From Octopus bimaculoides (taxonomy: Eukaryota): a DNA stretch of 64,000 nucleotides. The notes below the pieces were generated by a model, which had not been told where the DNA came from, did no database searches, and was given only the letters and a program-made list of their open reading frames with translations. The position numbers and the translations under genes were made by a program. The stretch lies in NCBI RefSeq assembly GCF_001194135.2, contig NC_069008.1, positions 9,544,166 through 9,608,165 on the forward strand, in the 5' to 3' direction. This document shows, one piece after another, positions 12,784 through 25,680 of the stretch (the stretch's first letter is position 1; the number at the start of each line of letters is the position of its first letter).

Positions 12784-13332
12784 CTATAGCAACCAGTCCT
12801 TCCTGTTGTTTATAAGGAGGGTTTCAATAATTCTGAGATTGCCCCTGTTGCATTGGGTTGCCTTGATGGAAACTTTGAAGTTCCAGGTTTGGCACTTCTT
12901 GAGGTATTTCTTTATTGAAGTGTCTGTCTGCATATGCTCTTTTATATGGATGTGTAGCTCCTTAGTGGTGCTCCCTATGTAGGGTGCTCTGCATATTTTG
13001 CAGACTACCTCATAAACTACGTAGGCCCTTGAGCATGTTTTGATGTCATTAATGGGGCAGTTGGTGAGTATGCATCCCATGGTGCTCTCTGTGGTGTTTT
13101 TTCTTGACAGAACTTTCCTCAGGGATGGACTGGTGTGTACCAGCTGTATGTTAAATCCCTCTCTGCAGCTGGCATATTGGATAGCTACTGTTGTTCTGTC
13201 GTTGAAGTAGGGCAGTCTAAAGAAGCACTTTTCTGACCTGATGTTATGGGTTTTCTCATGTTGTTTACCTCCTTTTGTGCTTTGCAGATGCAGTCGTTTA
13301 GCTGTGGATGGCGGATAGCTGTTGTGTGCCAA
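12784..13332 (-). mobile_element. Penelope-like retroelement, GIY-YIG endonuclease region
   Basis: ORF carries LPYF...C-x3-NCPI...VVYEVVCKICRAPYIGSTTKELHIHIKEH, the VVY...YIG-T...EH signature of PLE GIY-YIG domains. Confidence 0.85.
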
Positions 13333-13399
13333 GTTCTTGAGGAATCACTTGGTGTTAGTGGCTTTGTCTCTTATGTGTGATATTTCATTTTGTGTGTAA

Positions 13400-15570
13400 G
13401 CCGCATATATACAAAACGAAATAACATGCATTAGAGACAGATGGCTCTCTGCCAGCCATAGCTAAACGACTGCACCTGCGAAGCACGAAAGCTGGTAAAC
13501 AACACAAGAAAACCCATGACATCAGGTTAGAAAAGTGCTTGCTTAAACTGCCTTTTGACAGAACAACTTCAACAGAACAACGGTGGCTATCCAGCATGCC
13601 GTCCACAGGGAGGGACTTAACATACAGCTGGTACACACTAGTCTATCCCTGAGAAACTTACTCGACAGTTGGTTTTGGTCTTGTTTTCCATGGCTGGATA
13701 ACTTCAGTTGACAGCGATGTCTGCTCGGTAGTTTGGGTGAATGGTTACCTATTGAAACCATTCAGTATAATGCATTTGGTCCATCAAAAGTAACTCCGCT
13801 CATCTTTTCTGAATCTACTGACTCTAGAGCCACTACTGCAGAAATTGGAGGTGTTGAGAGGCATCCTGTGCAAACTAGGACATGGGGGAACTGTATTAGC
13901 ATATGCGGACTACATCACTGTCACAGTGTCAAACACCAGGCATGTAAACTTGATTGGCATTGCTCTAAAAGAATACAAGTCAGTGACTGGAGCAAAAATT
14001 AACCAAAAAAGTCCGTGGACCTGCAGCTCAGCACTTGGAGAGGTAGGTCCATGCCATGCAATAAAGTTGTGGGATGCTGGACAGAGGAACCAGTTAAATT
14101 GCTCAGGGTCTGGTTTGGTCCAGATCTCCAGGTGAAGAACAACTGGGACAAAGTGACAAGCAGGATGGATAACTCACTCTGAAATGAGCCAAGAGAAAGT
14201 TATCTTTGAAAGGTCATCTGAAGGTGGCAAATGCTTCCATTATATCCATTATATCCTACTACCTGATTGCTGTGTCCTGCCCTGGTTTCCATTTGACCAA
14301 GCTGGAGCATATACTCTTTTGCTTTCTGTGAAAGGGACACATTCCACTGGTTAGGCATTCCATTTGCTGCCAACACCTACTGAATGGAGGATTGGGTATG
14401 CCATACTTGCTGATACACACCATGCCTATTGATGCACAGATATGCACTGAGACTGCAATATCTCCAGTGCTTCCTTGACAGTGAGCAGGTGTGGTCACTG
14501 TTTGCCAGACTTGCTCTTCCACAGCTTGTCTCTTTGAATCAGCTGCAGCCTTGGATCAATTACAAACTGAGACGGGGCACCTCGCAGCTAGAGTGTTGTA
14601 ACTGCTCACAGTCCTCTATCAGGCAATATGGTTATTAGGAGTTCCACCTGGACGTTTTGTGTAGATAATTTCCATAATTCCTTGGCCTGGTAGTACTAGT
14701 GTATGGGGTGGGGGGCATTGCTAGTTTGGGATAAACTCTACTGGCATGAAAGTACTGTCAGCTGGGCTTGCTGAAGATGTATGCAGAATGACTAAATTAT
14801 TCTGCACATTCTAGTCCAGTGCCTGAGTGTTGCTGACTTGGAGGTCTATGTTGAACACCTGCTGTCACAAGTAGGACAGATCCAACTATTGGTTGGGTCT
14901 ATTGTGAAGATCGTTCCACCACCTTCCTTTAGGCTAAAAGGGCAAGCAGTGTCTCTTTGGTGGCCTTACCAAAAGAGGGCTGAAGGCAGATACTTTCCTC
15001 TTTGGCCAAGACCTCGTCAACTTTTTCAAGTTTCACTTGAAAAGGTGAGGGTAGAAAGAGAAGTATTGCCTTCCAGCAATTTTGATGAAAAGTGGGTGAA
15101 TGTGTCAAGAATGGTCCAAGTAAATGGGCCTACTCTATGCATGTGTGTAGACAATGTGGAAAGGGCACCTGCCCTAGAGGTCAATTAGCCCTAGGAAGTC
15201 GACTTTTTTTGAGGAATTATTCATTGTAAAAATTTTTCATTTTTGGATTTGGTTTGCAAGATTCTTTATGTGAGTTTGTGTGTTGAAGCATATTCTGTTG
15301 TGTCTGGGGAGAGTAATTTTCTTTTTGTGCCTTATAATTTAACACACTCACTGGCAAAATTTCAACTTGTTTCTTATTTTTATTTTCCTAAAATTTTCAT
15401 TGCGTCTTGCAACCTTTTCAATAGTCTTGAGTGAAGATCATTGTTAAAATTTATATTGTTACTGTTGGTTTTACTTTTTACCTGCTTTTTATGTAATCCC
15501 ATATTGTATTCTCCTGTACTGTCCCCAATGTTTTTGGTGAACTCTTAGTAGTTGATAAAGAAAAGAAAAC
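13400..15570 (+). mobile_element. Degenerate L1/Tx1-clade LINE, RT region plus 3' UTR
   Basis: Fragments VNGYLLKPFSI, TVLAYADYITVTVS, GAKINQKKS and PPLNGGLGMP are typical of L1/Tx1 RT. T-rich 3' UTR ends GATAAAGAAAAGAAA at ~15568. Multiple stops and frameshifts. Confidence 0.8.
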
Positions 15571-15689
15571 ATTATTATTATTATAGATGTCCCATAGTAT
15601 ACAATATCATGACGTTGTTGATTGAAGATATTGTGTCTACCAGGGGTTTGTACTGTTTGTCAAGTCTCAACAAGGACCTCAGACAGACA

Positions 15690-16110
15690 GTACTTTATAC
15701 AATATGTGTGCAGTTACAAGTAATACATCTAGATTGTAGGGTATTTTGAAATACATCTAGATTGTAGTGTATTTCTAAGGTTTTCAGATGTATTTTCAGA
15801 TTGGGTGGTATTGAACCCAATGCTCCAATGACAATAGGGATAACCTTTATGTTTGACTTTTGTAGCTGCTCCATCTTAGCGATCCCAATTCTCAGGTTTC
15901 CGTATTTATCAACCCTTTCTCTTTCTTTCATGATGATATGTTGATCTCCTGGCACTGTCATGTCAATTATTAGGCACTCTTGTTTGTCCCTCCTAAAGGT
16001 CACTATATATCCAGCCTTCAGCGCTCTAACACTTTGTTTGGATTTTTGCCTTCCTCTTTTTGTCCATTACCTTTTCTGGTATATGTTGGTACCAAGTACC
16101 TGTAACCTCA
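15690..16110 (-). mobile_element. R4/Dong-type LINE 3' end (restriction-like endonuclease)
   Basis: CLIIDMTVPGD...ERVDKYGNL...IKVIPIVIGALGSIP matches the D-x-VP / EK-x-KY / PIVIGALG endonuclease motif set. Confidence 0.8.
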
Positions 16111-16149
16111 TATCCATACTTATGGCATATTATTATTATTATTATTATT

Positions 16150-17345
16150 AAGGCGGTGAGCTGGTAGAATCGTTAGCATGCTGGGCAAAATGCTTAGCAG
16201 TATTTTGTCTGCCACTACGTTCTGAGTTCAAATTCCACTGAGTTCAACTTTACCTTTCATCCTTTCGGGGTCGATAAATTAAGTACCAGCGAAATACTGG
16301 GTTGATGTAATCAACTATCTCCCTCCCACAAATTTTATGCCTTGTGTCTGTAGTAGAAAGGATTATTATTATTCCAAGGGTGGTGGATTGACAGGATTAG
16401 AGCATTGGACAAAATGCTTGTGGTACTTGTTTTGGCTCTTTTTATGTTCTGCATTTAAATTCTGCTAAGGTCAACTTTGCCCTTCTTTCAGGCTAATAAA
16501 TAAAGTACTAGTTAGTTGGGTATACTAACTTGGGTCCATATACTCAGCTAACCCTATATTGTAGGTCTGATGTCTAATTTAGAAACTGTTGTTGTTAAGG
16601 TAGCAAGCTGGTAGAATTGTTTGCACACTTACTGGCATTTTGTCTGTCTTTACATTCTGGGTTCAAATTCTGTTGAGGTTGACTTTGCCTTTCATTCTTT
16701 CATTCTAGGCAGGACCTGATGGCGATGTGCCAAAGTTTGGAATTATTATGGTAAAGGCGACAAGCTGGCAGATTCGTTAGCATGCTGGGCAAAATATTTA
16801 ACGGCATTTTATCTGTCTTTGAATTCAAATTGTTCAAGGCCAACTTTACCTTTCATCCTTTCGGGGTCGATAAAATAAGTACCAGTGGAACACTGGGGTT
16901 GATGCAGTTGACTAGTTCTCTCTCCCAAACATGCTGGCCTTGTGCTAAAATTTGAAACCATTTATTGAGCTGACAGAATTGTTAGTGTGTTGAATAAAAT
17001 GCTTATCAACTTTGCCTTTCATCCTTACGGAGTTGATAACAGTACCAGTCAAGCATGGGTTAATGTAATCAAATTGCTCCTCCCCTCAAAATTGCTGGTC
17101 TTCTGCCAAAAAATTAGAAAGAATTATTATTAATATTATTAAGGCAGTAAGCTGGCAGAATGGTCAGCATGCTTAGCAGCATTTCATCCATCTTCACATT
17201 CTAAGTTCAAATTCTGCTAAGGTCAACTTTGCCTTTCATCCTTTCGGGGTCGATAAATTAAGTACCATTTGACTGCTGGGGTCGATGTAATCAACTATCC
17301 TCCTTCCCCAAATTTCAGGCCTTGTGCCTATAATAGAAAGGGTTA
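16150..17345 (+). mobile_element. Head-to-tail array of ~6 Deu/Nin-domain tRNA SINEs
   Basis: Repeated AAGGCGGTGAGCTGG(C/T)AGAATCGTTAGCA...GAGTTCAAATTC...CTTTCATCCTTTCGGGGTCGATAAATTAAGTACCA, starting near 16150, 16378, 16597, 16750, 16970 and 17140 and separated by (TAT)n or TGT linkers. Confidence 0.85.
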
Positions 17346-17887
17346 TTATCAATAATATTAATTCACTAATTTGTTTTTTGTATGTAGCTGACACTTGTGT
17401 CACGCTTAAGAGAAGGAAATTGTTGAAAGAAATTTTGTTTCTTAAATAAAAATTTTTAACTAGGTGTCTTGTAATTTTTGGAAAAGATTTGAAACCACCA
17501 CCTAAGTGTTGTGTTGCTACTTCTCAATACTGATGCCTACTAGGTCACCAAAGCAGCAACAAGCTTAATGAGAAAATTAAGATACTAAAATTTGACACAT
17601 TTGTGGAGCAAAGGAGAGAGGAAGTGAGAGAGAGAGAGAGAGAGAGAGTGAGAGGGAGTGGCTGATAGGTATTTGAATTCCTTTCTACAATTGAACTTAA
17701 ACTGACCCCTGGTTATTAAAGGCCCAACCACACACATTTGTTTTAGGTCTTCTACCCATTTGAATTCAGCCATACACCAGATAACATGTTAAGTCTTACG
17801 TTCCGAAATTTAAGTTTTGAATTTGTTTTAATTATAAAATTACACATCAACTAAAAAACATCTTTTGGCTTTCGAATACAACCTTTT

Positions 17888-18012
17888 CTTTCTCTTTCTA
17901 TATTTTCTGTTAAGTTACAATTTCTCTGTTTTGGTCAGGATTTTTCCAATTTTTTTTTCTTGTACTAAGTAATGGATGAAAGCATTTTAAAAGAAAATTA
18001 AGTTCATAGAGC
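17888..18012 (+). repeat. ~125 bp direct repeat, copy 1 (copy 2 at 19431-19554)
   Basis: CTTTCTCTTTCTATATTTT...GTTAAGTTACA...TTGGTCAGGATTTTTCCAAT...TTCATAGAGC occurs on both sides of the Tc1 element. Confidence 0.8.
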
Positions 18013-18157
18013 CAAATCTTTCCTTAATACAAACAAGAGCATAGTATGAGAGAGATTAAGCTGTTATTTCTAGCAAACTGAACAACCACACAGAGTTGTT
18101 CAATTGACTCATTTGTTGATTTGTATAAGTAAACAAAAACTAAGACACACACATACA

Positions 18158-19368
18158 CAGATATGAAAGAAGTAAATAGACACCCTTATAATCATTAAAA
18201 TTTATCTAAATCTGAAATTATACATTCAAATTATTTGTTAGTAGTTATAATGTGAATATTTAGTATTTAGTAGACATGCTCTTTGCATTTTTCAGTGCAA
18301 GGGCCCTATTAGGCATGTTACTGATTGGATGGTAAATGTTCTCTTGCAGAATTTCTTGCTAAGTTTCATGTAATAATCTCAAAAGATCTGGCTTTGAAGA
18401 TGCTTTCTTGTTCTGTTTATGAAATGTCCTGTCCATTATGCCCCAGAGGTGCTCTCTAGGGTTCATATCTGCTGACTGGCTTGACTATGGAAGCTTTCTA
18501 ATGCCATTCTTTTCCAACAAATCTTGAGTCATTTTAACCGTGTAACAAAGAATCCTATCCTCCATAAATAGAGAGTCTTCTTTAATCATTTCGTCACTGG
18601 AGAAGTTTGGAAGAAGTTCTTTCTGCTATATGGACACATATTTATTTGAGTTTATCTTTCCCTCACACTCCACCAGCTCTGATCAACCATTGCTCCAAAT
18701 TGTTCTTCAGACCATCACAGAATAGCTGCTGTGTTTCATTGCTGGTTGCAATCTTTTCACATCAAATTCTTGATTACAGTCTCCAGACCCACACTCAACC
18801 ACTGTTAGGAAATACAGCAAATCTGGACTCATCAGAGAATATGACTGTATCCCAAAATGCTGATGGCCTCTCCACCATCTCACTGGCCCAATCTTTTCTC
18901 CACTTCATATTGGCTGGTCAAAGATGTGGCTTCCTTCTTCCTGTTCTGCCATAGTAACCAAGTTTGTGGAGATTCCTGACAGCTGTTCTGGGACTGACAT
19001 CAACTTGCTCTGCTATGTCAGGTCTTAGCAAAGAGAAGGGTCCTGTCAGAGGGCCCTGGTTGATCTGGACAAGGTAATGTGAACTCCTTCTCCTCTCTGG
19101 TAAATTGCACAATCACTCTATTAACTGTAGAAAGCAGGATTCCAAGGTTTCTGCAATTTTACGCTGACTATATCCACCTTCAGAATGACCCACAATATGG
19201 CCTCTTTAAAATTCAAACAGTTCCAAGGCTTCTTTTGTACATTGCATGATTAGACAGTCACATATAGAATCTGAAACATAAAAATGTCAATTAATAAGAA
19301 ATATAAACCTTTACAAGTTCGAATAAACAGAAAACGTTTTATGGGGTGTTTATTTACTTCTAGCATGT
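18158..19368 (-). mobile_element. Degenerate Tc1-like DNA transposon with TIR remnants
   Basis: Minus-strand pieces VSPRTAVRNLHKLGYYGRTGRRKPHL, VIFSDESRF and DMNPREHLWGI. TIR remnants GAAGTAAATAGACACCCTTATAA (~18169) and TTATGGGGTGTTTATTTACTTC (~19339). Confidence 0.85.
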
Positions 19369-19430
19369 GTGTGTGTATATATATGAATGTATGCGTGTAA
19401 TAATGTGTTGCATGGTGGAAATAAAGGCAA

Positions 19431-19554
19431 CTTTCTCTTTCTATATTTTTTGTTAAGTTACAGTTTCTCTGTTTTGGTCAGGATTTTTCCAATTTCTTTT
19501 TTCTTGTATCAAGCAATTGACGAAAGCATTTAAAAAAAATTAAATTCATAGAGC
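19431..19554 (+). repeat. ~125 bp direct repeat, copy 2
   Basis: See 17888-18012. Confidence 0.8.
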
Positions 19555-19789
19555 TGAACAAAATCAAAAAAATTAATTCTATTTTTTCTCTTTAGTTTTT
19601 AACTTTCCTACAATATAATTAATTACCATATCCTATATACTGTGTCCTTGCATATTAGGTGAGTGTTTCAGAAATATTTTCACCTTTTAAACAAAAACTG
19701 TCTAACACGTTCATATATGTTTTTCATTTGAAACACACTGAATCATATTGGAGATTTATTGTTTTAATAACAAGTTTTAAAATAGGGAT

Positions 19790-20140
19790 AATCGCATGAG
19801 AGATGCAGCACAAGAGCGTCAACATAGAAGGAGAGAATGGTTGCGTGAGGAACAGCAGCTGGAAATAAGGAATCAAAATCGCGTGAGGATGAGACAGAGA
19901 AGAAACAAAATAAACCAAGAAGAGAGGGAACATATCCTTACGGCATAGGAAAGAAAGGAATCAGCAAAGGATAGAACAAATGAGCCAGGACCAAAGAGAA
20001 GAATACTTTCAAAAGAAGAGAGATAGAGATCAACAGAATCGAGAAGACATGAGTGAATGAAGGGCAAAGGCAGCTGTACTTAGGAAATATGAGAAACAGA
20101 GCTGAATCTCTCTCGACATACCAACAAACCACAAAATCGC
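19790..20140 (+). mobile_element. Possible Helitron N-terminal R/E/Q-rich repeat remnant
   Basis: Frame MRDAAQERQHRRREWLREEQQLEIRNQNRVRMRQRRNKINQEEREHIL resembles the charged helical repeats of Helitron N-termini (compare 36281-36541). No diagnostic motif. Confidence 0.3.
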
Positions 20141-20214
20141 ACTAGCCAGCATCACCACCACCTCCAAGCCTGTCATATATATATGTATCTGTATGTATGT
20201 ATGTATGTATGTAT

Positions 20215-20430
20215 GTGTGTGTTTGTGTCTGTGTTTGCTCCCCCCCCCCCACTACCTTTGCTTGACAACCAATGCTGGTGTGTTTTTGTCCCTATAACTT
20301 AGCTGTTCAGCAGAAGAGACTGATAGAATAAGCACCAGGCTTACAGGGAATAAGTCCAGGGGTCAATTTCTTCAACTAAAGGGTGGTGCTCCAGCATGGC
20401 CTCTGTCAAATGACTGAAACAAGTAAAAGA
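20215..20430 (+). mobile_element. OR-type SINE 3' part
   Basis: GCTTGACAACCAATGCTGG...GGTGCTCCAGCATGGCC...TGACTGAAACAAGTAAAAGAATA. Confidence 0.75.
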
Positions 20431-20639
20431 ATACGAGAAAAACGTTCCTTACCACTAAACCAAGTTGGTTCTCTGAATATGTACAATGTATTCTTAGGTT
20501 AAATAGTAATTCCGTTTACATTTGTGTATCTGAGATATTTTGGCTGGATTATATAGTTATCAGTTTTACTCTTCTTTCTATATTCTGTAACTGTCGCAAT
20601 ATACTTTGCTACTATAAGCACAAGTTCTTGAAATTTTTG

Positions 20640-21245
20640 TTGGGAGGGAGCCAGTTGATTACATCGGTACTTAATTTATCGACCCCAAAAGGATGAAAGG
20701 CAAAGTTGACCTCAGCAGAATTTGAACTCAGACTATAAAAACAGACAAAATACCACTAAGCATTTCACCTGGCATGCTAACGATTCTGCCAGCTCACCAC
20801 CTTTAATTGTCACAATATAAAAACATTTCTCATGGCATCAGCACACAATTTACAGATGCTTACATTTTTTATATTTTCTGTGAATTTTTCACTGGTCCAG
20901 CTAGTTATTATTATTATATGACTTTACCTTTCATCCCTTCTGAGTCAATAAAATAAGTACCAGTTGAGCACTGGGGTTGATATAATCAACATACCCCCTC
21001 TCCCGAAATTGCTGGCCATTATTTTTATTATTAAGGTGGTAAGCTGGCAGAATCGCCAGCATGCCAGACATGTTGCTTAGTAGTATTTTGTCAATCTTTA
21101 CATCTAAGTTCAATTTCCACCAAAGTCAACTTTGCCTTTCATCCTTTTATGGTTCATAAAATAAGTACCAGTTGAGTACTGGAGATGTTGTAATCGACTA
21201 TCCCCTCCCTTAAAACTTCAGGCCTTGTGCCTATAGTAGAAAGGA
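20640..21245. mobile_element. Cluster of Deu/Nin SINEs (one on -, two on +)
   Basis: 20640-20810 is the reverse complement of the head and core. 20920-21030 and 21035-21245 are forward copies. Confidence 0.8.
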
Positions 21246-22148
21246 TAATAATAATGATAATAATAATAATAATGATAATAATAATAGTAATAATAATAAT
21301 AATAATAGTAATAATAATAATAGTAATAATAATAATAGTAATAATAATAATAGTAATAATAATAATAATAGTAATAATAATAATAATAGTAATAATAATA
21401 GTAATAGTAATAGTAATAGTAATAATAATAATAATAGTAATAATAATAATAATAGTAATAATAATAATAATAGTAATAGTAATAATAATAATAATAGTAA
21501 TAATAGTAATAATAATAATAGTAATAATAATAGNNNNNNNNNNNNNNNNNNNNNNNNNNNNNNNNNNNNNNNNNNNNNNNNNNNNNNNNNNNNNNNNNNN
21601 NNNNNNNNNNNNNNNNNNNNNNNNNNNNNNNNNNNNNNNNNNNNNNNNNNNNNNNNNNNNNNNNNNNNNNNNNNNNNNNNNNNNNNNNNNNNNNNNNNNN
21701 NNNNNNNNNNNNNNNNNNNNNNNNNNNNNNNNNNNNNNNNNNNNNNNNNNNNNNNNNNNNNNNNNNNNNNNNNNNNNNAGGATAATAATAATGATAATAA
21801 TAATAATAATGATAATAATAATAGTAATAATAATAATAATAATAGTAATAATAATAATAGTAATAATAATAATAGTAATAATAATAATAGTAATAATAAT
21901 AATAATAGTAATAATAATAATAATAGTAATAATAATAGTAATAGTAATAGTAATAGTAATAATAATAATAATAGTAATAATAATAATAATAGTAATAATA
22001 ATAATAATAGTAATAGTAATAATAATAATAATAGTAATAATAGTAATAATAATAATAGTAATAATAATAGTAATAGTAATAATAGTAATAATATTAATAA
22101 TAATAGTAATAATAATAATAGTAATAATAATAATAGTAATAATAATGA
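21245..22148. repeat. (TAA/TAG)n microsatellite spanning an assembly gap
   Basis: Trinucleotide array with the same variant pattern on both sides of N21534-21778. Confidence 0.95.
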
Positions 22149-22989
22149 TTGTAAATACTTACTGATAAATATTTCTGAGTTTAGAGGGTTGTGGAGAGTA
22201 TGAGTGAGATGACTTGGAAACAGTTTATGCATTAAAGTGTAGTGTATTCTGAAGGATTTTCATGTCTGGAATTACAAGCAGTTTTGAAAAGTCTTTACTA
22301 TGACTGTGCTGCAGGAGCTGGACAATGCCATAAATTGGCAGAGTTGTTACAGTATAAGACATGAGTTCAAATCCAGTCAAGGCTAACTATACCTTTTATC
22401 TTTTTGAAGTTGATAAAATAATGTACCAGGTTTGAGAGAAGATTAGTGAAATCAAATCCATGCAAGAGCATAGTGAATGGACGGTAAATCATGATTGTAA
22501 TGATGTTGATGATTAGACCAGATACTTTATTGTTGAACTACTGATAAATGTGTGTGAAGTAATGTGTGTGCTTATATGTTTATACGTATATTTATATGTA
22601 TAAATGTCTAACTATATATGTATGCAGACATTTATGTGTATATGAGGATGAAGTTGCATGCACATATACATATATATAGATATACATGTGTGTATGTATG
22701 TAGACGTTATGAACGCAGGAGGTTTTATGTCTGTGTATTGTGAGAATGTGGTTAGGTGTATTTTTTATCTTTTATTTTTTTTCTACCTATTAGAGTAACT
22801 TCCCTTTTATTCAATGGTTTTTCATAGTGTCTGTTGTCATTAACAGCCGACGAGAATGCATTGTAGCTCTTTGCTCCAACATTCGAAACTCCAAGTACTA
22901 TAATGACAACTAACTGATTGTCCTAAATTATACATATATAAATAATATCAAGGTCTCATTCTTTTGTTGTCACCTATTATTATATATAT

Positions 22990-23538
22990 ATATCTGTATA
23001 TATAAAAGGCAGGATGTGTGTGTGTGTGTACGTGAATGTAATTTATGCACGTCCACAAATTAGCACGCATATCACTCCAATTTTAAGGAGGACATTCGTC
23101 ATAACCCTATCTGCATTTTCGTCAACTTTTTCTCTCAGAGGCACCCGCGTATAGCTGTAAAAATCGATTTTCAACCATAACTTTAACAATTTTGAAATTG
23201 GCTAACATGGTGAAGTCAAAGTGTGAGGGGGAGAGAGAGAGAAATTGTGTGTTGATGTATATGTGTGTGTGAGAGGGGGAGTGAGGGAGAGATAGAGATT
23301 GTTTGCCAGCGTCTAACAAAAAAAAAGTAAAGAAAAAGTGGGAGAGGGAGACAGAAAGCATCTAACGAAAGAAAACATAGGTGTGAGTAAGGAAGACAGA
23401 GTAAGTGTCAGTGTGAAATGCTTTTTTTTTTCTTCTTAAACATGAGATATACTTTCAAATATAGGATGTTTTTGAAAGACTATATTTTATAATGAGATTA
23501 TATGTAGTTTCTCACACAACAATTAAAATATATTTATT
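22990..23538 (+). mobile_element. Non-autonomous Helitron-like 5' end
   Basis: A|TCTGTATATATAAAAGGCAG-(TG)n start typical of small Helitron/DINE-like families. The sequence runs into the gap at 23539. Confidence 0.45.
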
Positions 23539-24554
23539 TTAAATCATTTATTTATTTTNNNNNNNNNNNNNNNNNNNNNNNNNNNNNNNNNNNNNNNNNN
23601 NNNNNNNNNNNNNNNNNNNNNNNNNNNNNNNNNNNNNNNNNNNNNNNNNNNNNNNNNNNNNNNNNNNNNNNNNNNNNNNNNNNNNNNNNNNNNNNNNNNN
23701 NNNNNNNNNNNNNNNNNNNNNNNNNNNNNNNNNNNNNNNNNNNNNNNNNNNNNNNNNNNNNNNNNNNNNNNNNNNNNNNNNNNNNNNNNNNNNNNNNNNN
23801 NNNNNNNNNNNNNNNNNNNNNNNNNNNNNNNNNNNNNNNNNNNNNNNNNNNNNNNNNNNNNNNNNNNNNNNNNNNNNNNNNNNNNNNNNNNNNNNNNNNN
23901 NNNNNNNNNNNNNNNNNNNNNNNNNNNNNNNNNNNNNNNNNNNNNNNNNNNNNNNNNNNNNNNNNNNNNNNNNNNNNNNNNNNNNNNNNNNNNNNNNNNN
24001 NNNNNNNNNNNNNNNNNNNNNNNNNNNNNNNNNNNNNNNNNNNNNNNNNNNNNNNNNNNNNNNNNNNNNNNNNNNNNNNNNNNNNNNNNNNNNNNNNNNN
24101 NNNNNNNNNNNNNNNNNGTTATCTAAAAATTTAGCTGGAGGTTTTCATGCTAAATTTGAGATTTAAAAAAAATTTTTTATCCATATTCTTAATCTCTGTA
24201 TTTTCCCCATACATTGAAAAATAGATGGTGAAAAGATCAATGTGTGGGGGGAGTGAAATTCCAAGGATTTCAGCACACCAGTGGCAGGCATCCATTTGGG
24301 AGGCATTCTTTTCACATGGGCAACTTTATGTGGCCTGCTCACGTGTGGGTAGTAGAAACGCTCTTTTTGTGTATGCTCCTCAGGGCAGAACNNNNNNNNN
24401 NNNNNNNNNNNNNNNNNNNNNNNNNNNNNNNNNNNNNNNNNNNNNNNNNNNNNNNNNNNNNNNNNNNNNNNNNNNNNNNNNNNNNNNNNNNTGGAGCCTG
24501 GTGTTGCCATCCGGTTTCACCAGTCCTCAGTCAAATCGTAGCGGACGTTAAACG

Positions 24555-25680
24555 ATGATGATGATGATATGTATGTATATATCTATGTATGTTGTCCCCC
24601 ATCCCTTGTTCCTTCTTGCCACCTGTTCATCACCCTTCAGAGCTGATGCATGCACCATAGGCACACTGAAAGTAAGTCATTCATTCAAGAAGCAAGATGG
24701 AGGGGAGCTTCTACCAATTTCATCACAGGCAAAGAGCATAGGTATGAAATCTTCTGTATAGGCAATAGTGATGGAGTTGGTGGTGTAGACATCCTTTTTG
24801 CTGAGAAATGGGCTGATAATTGAGATTGTTAGGATACTTAAGCTTAGGCTAGTTTTGCAAAGTGGAACATCAACTATTATTTCTGCCTATGCTCCTCAAT
24901 TGGGGCTACCAGATAAACAGAAAGATTGCAAGAGAGTTTCATAAAATCAGACTCCTGTATTGACAAATGACTGGGACTTCAATGAGCATGTTGGGCAGCT
25001 TGTGGGTGGCTTCCAAGGAGTGCATGGAGGCTGTGGAGTCAGTTCTCGTAATAAGGAGGAAACTAGTTTGTTGGAGTTCTGTGATGGAAATGATCTTATG
25101 ATCTGGAATACTAACTTCAGGAAATCAGCCAGTTACCTGTTCACTTATCAATCTGGTGGCCACACAAACCAGGTTGACTACATTCTCATCAGGAAGCAGG
25201 AAAGATTGTTGCTTGTAAGTGCAAAGTCCTTCCCAAGTGACGAGTGCACCCCTCAACAAAGGTTCGTTGTGAGTGACTTCAGACTCTGGGCTAGAAGGAT
25301 GCGAAGAAGATGACCGGTCTAGAAAAGAAAGGCCTGGAAGCTTAATGATCCTCTGAGTAATCAGATATTTAAAAACATTCTAACTGAAGCATTTGGCAAG
25401 AAGGTGGTTTGGGGAATTTCAGATTGCAAGGCAGTGTGACATAGAAAATTGTAATGTTATAAGAGAGAAGTGCATTTGCATGGATGATGGCACACTTGCA
25501 GTTAGGGATTCTGCAAAGAAAGATGCCTGGAAGTGTCATTATGCAAAACTGCTAAATGTAGAAAATGCATAGGAGAAGGAGAGTCTGCCTAATGTGGACC
25601 CAACAGAGGGACCAGTTATCTGAATCAACTAAGGATATGAAGACAAGGAAAGCCCTTGGGCCATCAGGAATCACTTTTGA
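24555..25680 (+). mobile_element. Degenerate RTE LINE (endonuclease region)
   Basis: IISAYAPQLG, DFNEHVG, LLEFCDGNDLMIWNTNFRK and QVDYILIRK are AP-endonuclease motifs. Confidence 0.9.

Noticed and set aside
16150-17345. Regularly recurring conserved cores with variable intervening sequence, superficially CRISPR-like
   Set aside because: Units are ~200-bp SINE copies with degenerate cores in eukaryotic DNA. There are no identical 25-45 bp repeats with unique spacers and no cas genes.
21227-22232. 312-aa poly-Ile/Val and 333-aa poly-Leu ORFs
   Set aside because: These are translations of a (TAA/TAG)n microsatellite across an N gap. The identical variant pattern on both sides suggests the same array was assembled twice.
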